Positions 49,919 to 62,601 are shown, numbered from the stretch's first letter. The stretch: DNA of 63,860 nucleotides from Aplysia californica (GCF_000002075.1 NW_004797283.1:2386170-2450029), one strand, 5' to 3'. Made by a program: numbers and translations. Notes: generated from the sequence alone by a model not told the origin.

Positions 49919-50150
49919 ATTATAACGTTCAGAAACTTCCTCGGCTTCCCAGGCAGCCGATTAAGCTCGCAAACACGAGCTGAGTGATAAGATCTTTTGC
50001 TGTCTACTATAGCTGAGTACCCATTCTCACCTGGGTGAAGTGAGAAAAATTCGTGTTAAGTGCCTTTCCCAAGAACACAACGTCGGGCCCCTAACGGGAT
50101 TCGAACCAACTACCTTATGTTTGATTGCTTTCAAGCCGTGGTAGCCAATT
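49644..50150 (-). mobile_element. SINE family D copy interrupted by an inverted, 5'-truncated copy of the same family (49729-49920, +) with (ATT)n tail
   Basis: Colinear with 26290-26646 on either side of the insert; ttataa at both junctions. Confidence 0.8.
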
Positions 50151-51195
50151 TCTTTAAACACACAGCTTTAGAATACGCCGATACAAGTGTCTGTGCTTCT
50201 ACTTGCGTGTATGCTTGTGTCTGTGTATGTGTGTGTGTGGGTGTGTGTGGGTGTGTTTGAGTGTCTTGAGTTAGAGAGAGGGAGAGACAGACGGAGAAAA
50301 ATTCCATTATTAAGAAAACCCACGTATGAGAGCAGTGTTTTAGAAGCAATACCTTTCGCTGTGAAGAGCGTTTATATCAGACAGAATTTCAAGAACATTA
50401 TTTCTGGCTTGTTCAGTGTCTTGGCGAAATACCAAAAGCTCTGCCGTCAAATTGATCTAGATCTATACCGAGTCCCTGTTAACTGTTAAGCAGAACAATT
50501 TAAAAAAAAAACCAAACAACAAACAAATAAAAACAAAGAAACAAAATAAAACAAAACAACAAAATGTCGTAACACTTTAAAGATCACTTTAGTTGGTCGA
50601 TGGTTTACTATACACATGGACCTGCAACTGAAGACGGAACAGCATGTGTATACAAATTCAAGACACAAAAAAGGATTAGATCAATATGATTTCAATAATT
50701 AAAAAAACATGTTATTGGTGTTTTGTCTTTTGAAAGAGAAACGAAGGCACNNNNNNNNNNNNNNNNNNNNNNNNNNNNNNNNNNNNNNNNNNNNNNNNNN
50801 NNNNNNNNNNNNNNNNNNNNNNNNNNNNNNNNNNNNNNNNNNNNNNNNNNNNNNNNNNNNNNNNNNNNNNNNNNNNNNNNNNNNNNNNNNNACCGTTCTA
50901 TTGCTATTTTGGAGTGAAAGNNNNNNNNNNNNNNNNNNNNNNNNNNNNNNNNNNNNNNNNNNNNNNNNNNNNNNNNNNNNNNNNNNNNNNNNNNNNNNNN
51001 NNNNNNNNNNNNNNNNNNNNNNNNNNNNNNNNNNNNNNNNNNNNNNNNNNNNNNNNNNNNNNNNNAGAAAATAAATAACACCTGAAACATTTATTCATCA
51101 TATCGACATAAATAGTACAAGAAGCACAACCCAGTAAGGGAATCGTACACTCGAATGTATCATGTTTAGTTCTTCGTCATCTACGTAAAAAGAAA

Positions 51196-51203
51196 CACAC
51201 ACA

Positions 51204-51263
<60 letters not shown>

Positions 51264-51270
51264 CACACAC
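51196..51270. repeat. (CA)n microsatellite
   Basis: Direct reading. Confidence 0.95.
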
Positions 51271-51864
51271 ATATTTTAAAAAAGAGGGGGGGGGGAATTT
51301 AAAGTAGAAAACTACCACTAAGTTTGGATCTAAGCACCCTTGCTATATTTTAATCCATAAAATGGCCATGGTAAACAACGTGTGTCCGGAGCTCCCTAAT
51401 TTACTTTGAATCCCTTTCTTTTTGTCCATGGATGTGAGTATTCCACTCAAAACAACACTACACGCATTTTCTATTTATACTAAAATGCATTTAAAAAAGC
51501 ATGTTGTTAACATTGTTCAGCTATACACGATTATAGCTGCAAAGAAAAGTAAATGTACACTAACATCAAACTGCAGTTTAAAATTTAATGGTTAGCCCAC
51601 ATGAATGCGAACTATAAAGAATGGACAATTTTAAATTAGCATTAGCTCAAAAACGTTGATACGTCTACTAATATCTATTTATGATAAACTTCATCATCTT
51701 AAACAAACTTTGGAAAACATCCAAAATATTTATTTTGTTTTAGATTCTTCAGTAAAATGCCCCCCCCCCCCCCCCCCACCCTGATTTTTGGGTAACCATG
51801 GCGTTCCCTCCATCCTCCTCCCTCTTAAAATCTGTCGTGCCAGTTTGTCCTTTTTCCCTCTTCT

Positions 51865-52272
51865 CTACTCATCAACTCCAATGCTGCCCCCCCCCCCCCC
51901 CTTTCCTGGTGTCCTTTCTGTGTCGACAAACTTGGATTCTTGAAGTTGTTCGTGATGAAGCCGGCTGAACAGCCTATTCTGCATCTTCCCAGTCTGAAAA
52001 TTCCCAACCGAGCAGTCCAAGTCCATGTACTCAGAGTCAGAGTCAGATTCTTCAACAAAACGAGCACTCTCCTCACGAGCTCGGTTCAGTTCCTCTCTCA
52101 GCAGCACAACACCGTCGTTGTAGGCAGTACACCGCTCTTGTAGATCTGAAAGTTCCTCCGTAAGTAGACCCCTCTCCTCGTCAATAACCAACACTTTTTC
52201 TTCTGCAAGTAACTCCTCCTCTTGAACTTTGGGTTGTTCTTCATTACATTTGCGCCGATAAGCTCTTGTCTC
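51865..52272 (-). CDS. Orphan coiled-coil protein, probable last coding exon ETRAYRRKCNEEQPKVQEEELLAEEK...GVDE*
   Basis: Minus-strand acceptor ttctttcaatgacag, 136 codons open in phase 0, E/L/R-rich heptads. C-terminus uncertain because of a poly-G run. Confidence 0.65.
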   Translation of the reverse strand, partial: ETRAYRRKCNEEQPKVQEEELLAEEKVLVIDEERGLLTEELSDLQERCTAYNDGVVLLREELNRAREESARFVEESDSDSEYMDLDCSVGNFQTGKMQNRLFSRLHHEQLQESKFVDTERTPGKGGGGGSIGVDE

Positions 52273-52972
52273 CTGTCATTGAAAGAAGAATAGTTTTTGT
52301 GTGTTAGATACGTTCTACATAAAATATTCTAATGGTTGTTTATTGGAATCCAAAACAGCACCTAATAGAAAACCCATACTTTATTGATCCTCCACGGAAA
52401 GCAATAATATATTCAAAATACAGTGTATACAAGTACATAATCATAGCATTATAAAGTGTGGTGCAGAAGTCGTGATACCATTTGAAACATCGGCTTATTT
52501 TTTCATTAAAATTATTTTATGTTTTTTACCTCCAGATATAAACAGTTCACATGATTTCAGTGCACCAGATTTCTCTTCCACCAACAACATACTTCGAGAC
52601 ATTCAGGTATCTCTCTCAGCCTGGGTGGCAGGCAGATTTAAAGTCCACCTCCTAAATGATCTTGTCTCCATGGCAGCGTCTAACATCGACTTTTTAAAAG
52701 AAAAGCTCTATTTCCCTAATCCACCCACTCCTCCAAGAGTCCATGATGCTGTTTTGAAAAGTGTATTTCTTTTTTTTTTAAGCTATATTGGCTCCATTGT
52801 AGATGGATTAACAGATCGCTACTCTCTGAAAATTGATTAACTCCAAAAGGTATGCGTAGAGATCTTTCGTTTTCTTTAATAAATTTCTGTATTTGGTCTG
52901 CAGTTTCCAGCCCTGGTTTTTATGCAATATGCAAGGACTATCTATTGCGAAGAGAAATTGAACCAGGCCTAC

Positions 52973-53122
52973 CTCTATAAGTCGCTTCAGTTCCCCTGCC
53001 AGCTTCACCATCTCTGCAAGGCTAGCTCTATAACGCTCCTCGAGTTCAGTCATTCTCTTGACAACTTGCGTCTTTTCATCAGCGCGTAACTCCTCCTCTT
53101 GAGTGTGACGAGACCCTGAGTC
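52973..53122 (-). CDS. Orphan coiled-coil protein, internal exon DSGSRHTQEEELRADEKTQVVKRMTELEERYRASLAEMVKLAGELKRLIE
   Basis: NAGNAG acceptor (ttagcag; alternative start 53125), GAG/gtagg donor, 150 nt, phase 0-0. Confidence 0.7.
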
Positions 53123-53982
53123 CTGCTAATGAAAGGAAAGTCAAAGCTTTCAGTTTTAGTTTGCTTTAGAAATCTTTTTGCACAAATGTATACAGCCAGT
53201 GTTGGAAATCCATTCTGCTGCAAATAGAAATAAGTACAGTCGACCGGTAAGCCAATAGTCTATGAAAGAACCCCTCCCCACCATACAGTCGTGTTGTAAC
53301 AACAACTAACTGTTGATGAACAAGCCTTCATTGCTCCAGTATAGTTAACCTCCTAGAGGTGACCGCCTTTATCACGCGACAACAAACACTTTCGGTCAAT
53401 CCTTACCACCAAAAAAAATAGATGATGAATTTAAAAAAAAAAATTTTTTAAGGAGACAGATAAATATTGTAGTACTGTAATCTACATATGAAGATACACT
53501 AGTCTATAATTTTGGGCAAACTTTTTGTACATTTTATGATAGATGACATTACTACAAGCTTTGGAAATAATATGTATGTAGGAGCACAGTCAAAGAAGCC
53601 CAAATCATAGTATCTATGAACGAAAAGGAACTGACAGAGAACAAGGAGAGAAAGGAGTAGTGAACCAATCGATTTGTATTAATTGCTTTAATGTACGGTA
53701 CTTGGAATTATGTTTATTACAGTTAATATGCAATGGGCTTTCTGGAGCCGTGTGGGAATCGATTATACATATAAGGCAGACACCTGTCTCTTCAAACAGG
53801 ACACAATTCTACAAGTGCAATAGCCAATAGCATTACATAATTTTACGCGGTATTTAGCTCTTGTATAGCATGACACGCCCTTCTTGTTGATATAATATTG
53901 AATTGGCTGAACCGAGATGAACGAATTATTTAACCAAGTAATGAGTGTTTGAAGCGACTATTCGTTAAGGGCATTTTTTTAA

Positions 53983-54400
53983 TACTCAGGCTAGTCAGGT
54001 TTGCTTCAGGAACACAAAATGAGACTGCCAGTCTACATAATCGGGAAGCTACACACTTCAACAAACCCGATTTAGCAGAAAACAATAGAAGGCACGAAAC
54101 GCACTGAAGATGAAGTCTCAATTGCGTGGGTAATAAATTGAGTTCTCCAACCTTTTAAAGTGTTTTATGGTGCATAGACTACATGGTTTTAAAGGTAGCA
54201 GAAAAGCCTGTGATTTGATTGGATAAATCCGCTGAGTGGGCAGTACAAAAAATATCAACAAGGGACCGGGCAACATGGCTTTGCCTGTGTGTTTTGACAC
54301 CACGTGGTTGTCCACGGAGCACAAAGGACTGACCAGTATAGGACATGCATGTTTCGGGTGGTTGACTTTTGGACACCCGTGACGTGTTAGTGGTAGCCAA
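53983..54400 (-). pseudogene. Decayed duplicate of the first exon/promoter unit
   Basis: 53990-54031 aligns to 57248-57289 (LAVSFCVPEANLTS vs MADSCSVPETTPTS) with ATG>CTG and donor GT>CT. Upstream blocks are also homologous. Confidence 0.6.
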
Positions 54401-55209
54401 AAGATCTGCTCCCCCCCCCCCCTTTCGACACACACAAACGAAAACATAATATCATCCCATTTATTTTCTTTTTCTCTTGTTGTCTTTTCTTAAACCTGTA
54501 TCAGTGACTTGGGACAGTACAAGAATGAATCTTAAAGTCCCGCGTATGCCGAATATTAAGTATATTTTTATAATATCTATCAAAGTGATGTTTGACCAAA
54601 TTGGGCGTCCAAGGGAGTTTTTACTAGGTTGAAGAAATGGATGCTTTAAAGATATGTATTATATTCACACAAGTCGGGGCTGCTCAAGGAACAAAGTATG
54701 AGTGTGTCATTCTAAATGAACAAGATAATACAGACACGAATAAATGTACGCGTCTGATATTAGGTTGAGCAGAAACAAACTGAATGCACGGATAGATCAA
54801 CAAGAGACCGGATGACACCGATGTTGGCGTCCCCTTGTCTTTTGACACCACGTGATTGTCCACGAGCGGAGCAGAAAGGGTATAGTACAGCCGTGTTCAG
54901 CATGGTTGTCTTTTGAAAAGCTGTGCTGGCTCTTCTACTTCTAAGGCCACGAGCACCCTTGAAAAACTTCCATTGTCACACGGCTACGGGGTATGACGTT
55001 ACTTGGGGGTGACGAGAGAGGAAGAGTGAAAATTGCCCCTTTGGCATATTCATTTGAAACAGAAACTTGTTTTCAGATGCTAAGCTTAAAATCAATGGCG
55101 CAAAGGAAAGTTTTTTTAAAATAAATAAACACACTAATGCTCGTATTAACTGAACATGTTGCGTTTCATTTAAGAGGACCTAGTTACCAAAATTATCTAA
55201 TATATTTAA

Positions 55210-55896
55210 CCGTTTTTGGGCCATACTGGTCTAAACTGGCTTTCCCGCCATGTTGCCATAGCTAGCGGCTTTCCCGCTGTTGGGCTAGCAAGGTCTAACC
55301 TTTTAGCTCTCCCGAGAACGAAATAATCTAGATCTAGGTCAAGTGCTTTAAATTCATTTTTTTTTTTTGCTGTTTGTGCAACATATTTTAATGAGATACA
55401 ACTTTATTGATCATGTAAAGTGCAATGAAGAAGCAAAAATGTACTTAAAGATGCAAATTTCCTCCCAAAATGAGTCGAATCGAGGCTTTCTTAGTCCCCT
55501 GTACGACTGACGAAAAAGCGTGCATGCAGAAAATCGCGTAGTCAGGTAAAGGCAGTCAATGACTGACAAAAACAAGCTCATTTTCATGTGAGCTTGGTCT
55601 GCAAGTGACGAAAAAGCGCAGCGGACGCGGGGCCTTACCGGCCTGACAGAGTCGCCTGTAGTGCAAGCTTAGAAATATGAACATTCTGCTCTAAATTTAG
55701 AAGCTAACGTCCTAAGTTTACGATGTGAAATATCATTAAAACACGTCGCTTTGATCAAAAGCAGAAGCAATTTATTTTCTACACCCCATGAACCTACGAA
55801 AAACACTGAAATAATCCGGTTCTGGGAAGCCATGAGCAGGCCGCCATTTTGGTTTCACTGTGTTGACCTGTTGACCTATTTATGGTGCTAACAGGG
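55210..55896. mobile_element. Possible piggyBac-like non-autonomous element
   Basis: TTAA|CC ... GGG|TTAA with a weak TIR (..CCATA). Confidence 0.4.
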
Positions 55897-55916
55897 TTAA
55901 AATGAGGATGGTAATA

Positions 55917-56270
55917 TAGTCCGTGCCGGCTATAAGCACGCCGGCTTAAAACACGTTTCGGACTTAAGCACGCTAAACGGCTCTTACCGAATTTTTGCTA
56001 TATAAATTACACGTCTTTAAGCACGGTAGCTTCGGCTTTAGACACGCTTCATTATAACAAGACAGTCAATACTTTCACGATGACCCATCGAAGTTCGAAC
56101 ACAGTCTACACTGCAGCAGTGGAGTGTGTTAAGAGAAACACAGAGAACGCAAGTGATGCCAGTGATGGAGACACACACTCACACGGGCGGAGAGGAAGGC
56201 AGAGAGATGCACACAACCGCGTGCGTGGACATAGGATCTAGCCTAGGGCAAAGTTACACACAGACTTAAA
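55917..56270 (-). mobile_element. Partial inverted copy of MITE family M3
   Basis: Reverse complement of about 62255-62604. Confidence 0.85.
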
Positions 56271-56686
56271 AATACATGTATAGTAGTGGTATAACAGGAA
56301 TCCATATTATACATGCTACATGCATAGGCAGTCATGCCCCAACCCCCCAATACGTTATTCAGGTGGTGAAGATCATGAAAATAATAATATAGCTCATTTC
56401 GCCAATCCCTGGTCATATAGACCCTGCACGTGTATACGATGCCAATGTTGCTAAAACTGCTAGAGGCACCGAAAGTAACGGAGGAACTGTACANNNNNNN
56501 NNNNNNNNNNNNNNNNNNNNNNNNNNNNNNNNNNNNNNNNNNNNNNNNNNNNNNNNNNNNNNNNNNNNNNNNNNNNNNNNNNNNNNNNNNNNNNNNNNNN
56601 NNNNNNNNNNNNNNNNNNNNNNNNNNNNNNNNNNNNNNNNNNNNNNNNNNNNNNNNNNNNNNNNNNNNNNNNNNNNNNNNNNNNNA

Positions 56687-56802
56687 GATAGATAAGGGAG
56701 ATAGATAAGGGAGATAGATAGATAGATAGATAAGGGAGATAGATAAGGGAGATAGATAAGGGAGATAGATAAGGGAGATAGATAAGGGAGATAGATAAGG
56801 GA
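56687..56802. repeat. 13-bp minisatellite (GATAGATAAGGGA)n adjoining an assembly gap
   Basis: Direct reading. Confidence 0.95.
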
Positions 56803-57247
56803 AATGTTCAGGGACATAATTATCATTTTCCTTTCTTCCTATAAACAACTAGTAAACACTGCTTTGCAACAAACAATCAGTAACGCTGGAATTTTAAATT
56901 CATATTTTGTCTCACTAGTTTCCAAATTAACAAAAAGCAAAGCTTTAAAGAACATCCAATCAATTCTTATTAATCTTGTGTGCAGCTTAGAACACCGCAA
57001 GTAAAGTTCTATTCAGGTTTCTAACTGTACAAAAGAATCATAGGTTAGATAAAGATACGGATACTTAAATATTAAAATGCACCGCTTCATTTCTAGAAAA
57101 TATTGTGAACATTTCATAGCTGATGACATTACATCTTTATTGACATTGCAAAACAATGTAGACCTCTACTGACAATGTACAACTAAAACCAAAAGAGTTC
57201 TACTGGGTGGAAATCACTATTTTGTTTAGGCAAAAACTAATACTCAC

Positions 57248-57289
57248 GCTAGTCGGGGTTGTTTCAGGAACAGAGCACGAGTCCGCCAT
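57248..57289 (-). CDS. Candidate first coding exon MADSCSVPETTPTS of the coiled-coil gene
   Basis: agaATGG start context, consensus donor gtgagta, phase 0 compatible with the next exon, promoter motifs upstream. Confidence 0.5.
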
Positions 57290-57459
57290 TCTTCTATATG
57301 AACAAGGATGAATCTGGCACGTACAGATACACGTTTGATGAATGCAGGGTAGAAACCAATCGACCGCACGATAGACACTAAATGTGAAATCTCTGCTACA
57401 ATCGCAATGAATGAAGTTTCTCAACTTTTAAAAGTTTCTGTAGTGCGTAGACCACGTTA

Positions 57460-57630
57460 CTTTGGAGGCGGGAAATGGCGTGAAGAAAATCAAGTGTCGT
57501 GAGTGGATAAAACTGTAGACGGGGCGGGGCTAAATGCGGACAGGGGGACGCGCTACACGGGTACTGGCGTTCCCTTTGTGTTTAGACACCACGTAATTTG
57601 CATTACTGACTTTTGGACACGCCACATATG
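57460..57630 (-). promoter_or_regulatory. Candidate promoter: E2F-like GGCGGGAAA (57467), GC box GGGGCGGGGC (57521), E-box-like CACGTA (57590)
   Basis: Motif cluster in a locally CpG-rich patch 180-300 nt upstream of the candidate ATG. Confidence 0.45.
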
Positions 57631-57851
57631 TGCGACATTGCCAGGACTCCCTCTGTCCTCTTTTCTTTTTTTCTCTTTTCTGCATAGATTTTTGTTTTTA
57701 TCGGGGGGGGGGGGGGTTATCCCCTCATCGTGTCCAGTGTTTTCTTCTTGCGAAATGAAAGACTTGGACAGAAACGTGCTGTCTTTTTATAACCGTTTAG
57801 ATAATGAATATAGGCAGGTCAGGATCGACTAGTGGTTTGTAAAACTGACCG

Positions 57852-57972
57852 GCTATCCTTTCATATTGATCTCCTCTTTTTTGTTTGTTACTCTCTTGTA
57901 ACACCTCCAATCTTCTACACATATGATGCCATTGTGTTGCAAGTGCTGGAAAACGCTCACTAAAACAAACAA
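57852..57972 (+). mobile_element. 5'-truncated family A copy
   Basis: 3' half and tail match. Confidence 0.8.
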
Positions 57973-58089
57973 GACCCATTACAAATCTTTCTAAAATAAG
58001 AACGAAGTTTACGTTTTATTTCATTCAGCACGGTGTCAGTGCGCCTCCTCTTCAACAGAGATGACACACTACGCTACACAGCTAGCCAT

Positions 58090-58268
58090 TGTTGTTGGGT
58101 TCGAGCCTCAGCTCGGTCCGACGTTGTGTCCTTGGGAAAGGCACTTTACACGAACTTCCCACTTGGCTCTGTCCTATCGGAGACAGACGTTAAACTAGGA
58201 GGTCCTGCCCCTTAAATAACCTAATAATGTTGATAGGGGCGTTAAACCCTTACCATTTGACCATTTGA
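58090..58268 (+). mobile_element. SINE family E copy
   Basis: B-box gggttcgagcc, core gtgtccttgggaaaggcac, tail repeat ccatttga. Confidence 0.75.
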
Positions 58269-59614
58269 CTAGCCATTGTTCTGCAAAGTTAGGTTCTTGG
58301 TGAAGTTGTTGAGGAAAACAAATTAATTATAATACGAGTATCTATTCTCGCTGATGCCATTTTTGTTTTCGCTATGAATGAATTCTTTACGATGAACACT
58401 CTGTGTGTGTTTTTGATACAAAGACTGCAATGCAAGAAAAAAATTGGGATCTTAATATCTCGTCAGTTTGTGAGGTTTTTCTTTCCGCTATGGGTATGCT
58501 AAACTGACTTATACGGGGGTTTTTTCAAACTATATTTACTGACAGTAATGTGATACTAATGGTATTGCTCCTCAAAATTAACAATGTTATACATTATATA
58601 CATTATTTTTTGGGGGGTGGTTAGGGGTATTTTCCTTTTATATGAAATTACACGCTAGAAATATAAGTTATATATATATGTAATTTTATAACTAACCGTA
58701 GCAAGATGTTAGATTGATTTTTTTCTGGCATGACCCAAGAGGTTGTTGCATTTTGGTCCGTAAAACAATTCACCTTGCCAAACCTACAACCAGCCTTGTT
58801 GCATGTAGGCCTTGGGTGATTTCACCATACCCTTGCAACCACCAGTATTCTGCTGTCTCGAATATTGCAAATTCGTATCACAATCAGTAGCAAATAATCA
58901 ATGGCATAGCATAAACAAAGCAACAGCATCGAAAGCTGATACTCTTCTCCTTTAAAAAAAAAAAAATCTCTACTTGAACAACTCACCTAAAGATCTCTCA
59001 AAGCAAGTTTTTCAACAAACATTTTTGTAACGTTCATACCAGCTTCAATAAAAGTGGAATTGGAAAAGGAGGTGGATTATAAGTCAACGAGACAATCCAA
59101 GGGAAAAGGCTCTATTAATTTTTATCACTCTGCTGCATGTACTTAATTTAGAAGATAATAAACGTGGTTGCGACTAGGTCTGGTTGCGCCTAGGGCAGTT
59201 TACCCTAGTTTACCTACAGTAAGTCCCATATCCATATTTTTAAAAGTTTAAGCATTTTGATGCTACAAATTAAACGGAACAAAATAACAGCTCCAAAATA
59301 CAAAGAAACTAAAAGAAAATCAAAACAGTGACTATGCAATGGAAATACTGTTTATGGTAAAGAAAACTGTTGGAGAGGAATTTTAACCCCGCGACGACCA
59401 AAAAAAAAAAGAACAGAATTACTTCAAGAGTTAATATCTACATGTCACCTACGGGTAATGATTATCTTTCCCAGTTACTTGTGTTAAGCAGGCAAAAAAT
59501 ATCGTCTATCCCCCNNNNNNNNNNNNNNNNNNNNNNNNNNNNNNNNNNNNNNNNNNNNNNNNNNNNNNNNNNNNNNNNNNNNNNNNNNNNNNNNNNNNNN
59601 NNNNNNNNNNNNNN

Positions 59615-59666
<52 letters not shown>

Positions 59667-59667
<1 letters not shown>

Positions 59668-59962
59668 TTTGTTTTAGTAGAGGTTTTATGGCGCTCGCAA
59701 CTGCATAAGGTCATATGAGCGCCAAGGGGTGTATGTCAATAGAGAAGACTGCCCGGGAATCAGGCTTACTCTGCTCACCTCTATAGCTTTAACAGCACGA
59801 AGTCTGCTTCGACTATCGAGGCACCCCGGAAATAGCAGGTTACGAGAGTGTTTAGTTTTAGTAAGAGTTTTACGGCACTTGCAACAAAATAATGTAACAT
59901 AAGTGTCGAAGTAAAGACGTGTTACAAGAGAGTAACATACATAAAAAAGGAGGAGAGATAAG
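59667..59962 (-). mobile_element. Adjacent truncated family B (59667-59845) and family A (59850-59962) copies
   Basis: Reverse-complement matches to both consensuses; (GA)n at 59615-59665 lies next to them. Confidence 0.85.
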
Positions 59963-59989
59963 CAGGACCTACTTGTACAGGCTGCAGTT

Positions 59990-60930
59990 CTCACTGCCAC
60001 GATAGGCACAGGTCACACTGAATTACCTACACCCATTCTTTGGACAGACAAACGGATGTTATGGCGACCCAACCATTGTGTTCCCGTTGTGTGCGAAAGT
60101 TTGGTGGGTGGGAATAGTGTTGATGATGGAGAAGCTAGAACTCGTAGCCCAGAGATGAATAATAATGACAGGTGGTGGAGAGGTGAGAGAACTGACAGCG
60201 ATGACTCGAGAGGTGAGAGGCTATACGGGTTGCCATTAAAAGAGTATTTCCTCAGGCTCAAAGAGCCGTGTGCACAGTCCATGCCAGGAAAAACGTTGAT
60301 GCATTTATCAGAGATAAGGTGGGGATGCCCCAAAGGCATCGAACAGAGCTCGTGAATCAGGTATTTGGACCAGGTGGTGAGGTGGCCAGGGAGACAGATC
60401 CCTCCATCTTGGCGGATGTCTTACAACTGCTCTGCAGTCAGCATGGCAACGCTCAGATTGGGCAGTATATGGGGAGAATGGAGTCCCTCTTGGTTGAGAA
60501 TGACACTACAATGACCAAACCAGGTTTGATTGTCAAGTCTTCTTTGTGAGACAATAATTTGACTGAAAGTGCCAATAATGCCCCGAAACAGAAGGTGGGC
60601 TGGCAGCAACAGAAGCTGCCAGTCCTGTGCAATATTATACAGAGTGTAGTTGAGGTGCAGTTCCGTGAGCTGCGGATGTCGCTTGTTGGCCATGGACACT
60701 ACCAGTTGGTACGTATCTACCACAGGTTTTTCATGGCTTCTGCGGTTTTCTTTAATCAAGAAAACACAGAAACAGAGCGATGCCCTTTTCGGGTGTTTCA
60801 AGGCGAAAGCAAAGGAAGGCAGGCCCTCTGGTCCACTCCACCAATGGGAACGCCATAGTGAGACAGCCAGCTCATCGGGCAGAAAACCTGGCCCAGTGCC
60901 AAGACTGAGGGCTGATCGAACAACTTGAAA
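59990..60930 (+). pseudogene. Degenerate Mutator-like (MULE) DDE transposase fragment
   Basis: TD(S)D...AIRVAIKRVFPQAQRAVCTVH (CxxH motif), then *DNNLTESANNAPKQKVGWQ (NNxxESxN catalytic E region). Frameshift near 60220 and in-frame TGA at 60547. Confidence 0.7.
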
Positions 60931-61803
60931 GAAACGTGTTTGGTGGAACATCGAAACGTATTGAGGTGCGATGAATACATGCAAATAAACACATTAAACA
61001 TATTACATATCTAAATCCATGTCACAGTTCTCTTTTCGTGTTTTAAAATATGCCTTTTCGTGTCTAATCGTTGTTTATCGTGGGTGGGATATGAACATGA
61101 TATTGAAGAAGAATCAGACGTATGCTTTAGAAAAGACCAATTAGTGCCATAGTCATTTTTTTTTCAAAATACAAGATGAAGAGCTTTTAAACAGGACCAC
61201 TACAAATTGATTGCAGTCAATAAGGACAAACCTAAGGTGGATTTATTTGTGCAAGATGGCGTCCTGGCGTAGGCTTCTCATTCAACACGTCCGTAGCGGT
61301 CCGTAGAGACATTTGGAGAATATTTAAGAGTGTTTTATGGTCTGCTGTGGTAATAATAGTTTAAAACGCATAGAGATTGCTGTTGAGCGAGGGTANNNNN
61401 NNNNNNNNNNNNNNNNNNNNNNNNNNNNNNNNNNNNNNNNNNNNNNNNNNNNNNNNNNNNNNNNNNNNNNNNNNNNNNNNNNNNNNNNNNNNNNNNNNNN
61501 NNNNNNNNNNNNNNNNNNNNNNNNNNNNNNNNNNNNNNNNNNNNNNNNNNNNNNNNNNNNNNNNNNNNNNNNNNNNNNNNNNNNNNNNNNNNNNNNNNNN
61601 NNNNNNNNNNNNNNNNNNNNNNNNNNNNTGACGAAAAATAAGTCGAATGTACTTGCTTGAAATAAAATGACAGAGCGGCTGTGTTTCTATTTGCATGGAT
61701 ATACACATATAGATCTATATATTTATTTTTTTTATTTAAAAAAAAATAAATTTTTTTTAATATTTAAAAAAAAAAAAAAATTTAATATAAAAAAATATAT
61801 ATA

Positions 61804-62601
61804 CAGTCCATGCCGGCTTTAAGCACGGTCGTCAGGAAAAAGCTTAAACGTGCTTAAAGTCGAAGCGTGCTTGAGTGCGAAGTAGACATAATCCAGAGAT
61901 TTTCATGTAGAAAATTCCCCGTGCTATTTCCCTTTGTTTGTAAGTAGGCCTATAGCGGTCCAGCAAAAGTGTGCACTCTTATTTTTACCCACCATCGTAG
62001 TTTTTGTTCGCTTGTTTGTTTTTGTTTTACTGTCGAATGGGAAATGAAAACTTAATTTAGACGGCCAGTCACGATACAGCACACTAGGCCTACACAGTGC
62101 CTGTGCGTACCACTGCCCGCTGTGCCACTCATACAACCGCCTTCATCCCACCTCGCGCGTGATACACAATCAGGATTAATGGATAGCGAGGGTCAAAGGT
62201 GAAATCGCAGCCAGCCTCCTTTTCTCGTCTCCCCGACTCTCTTTGTATTTTTTTTTTAGTCGTGTGTAGCTTTGCCCTAGGCCTAGGCTAGATCCTATGT
62301 CCGCGTGCGCGGCTGTGTGCATCTGCCTTCCCCTCCGCCCGTGTGAGTGTGTGTGTCCATCACTTGCGTTCTTTGTGTTTCTCTTGACACACTCCACTGC
62401 TGCGGTGTAGACTGTGTTCAAACTTCAATTGGTCATCATGAAAATATTGACTGTCTTGTAAATGATAAATGAAGCGTGCTTGAAGCCGAAGTTACCGTGC
62501 TTAAAGGCGTGTAATTTATATAGCAAAAATTCGGTAAGAGCCGTTTAGCGTGCTTGAGTCCGAAACGTGCTTTAAGCCGGCGTGCTTAAAGCCGGCACGG
62601 A

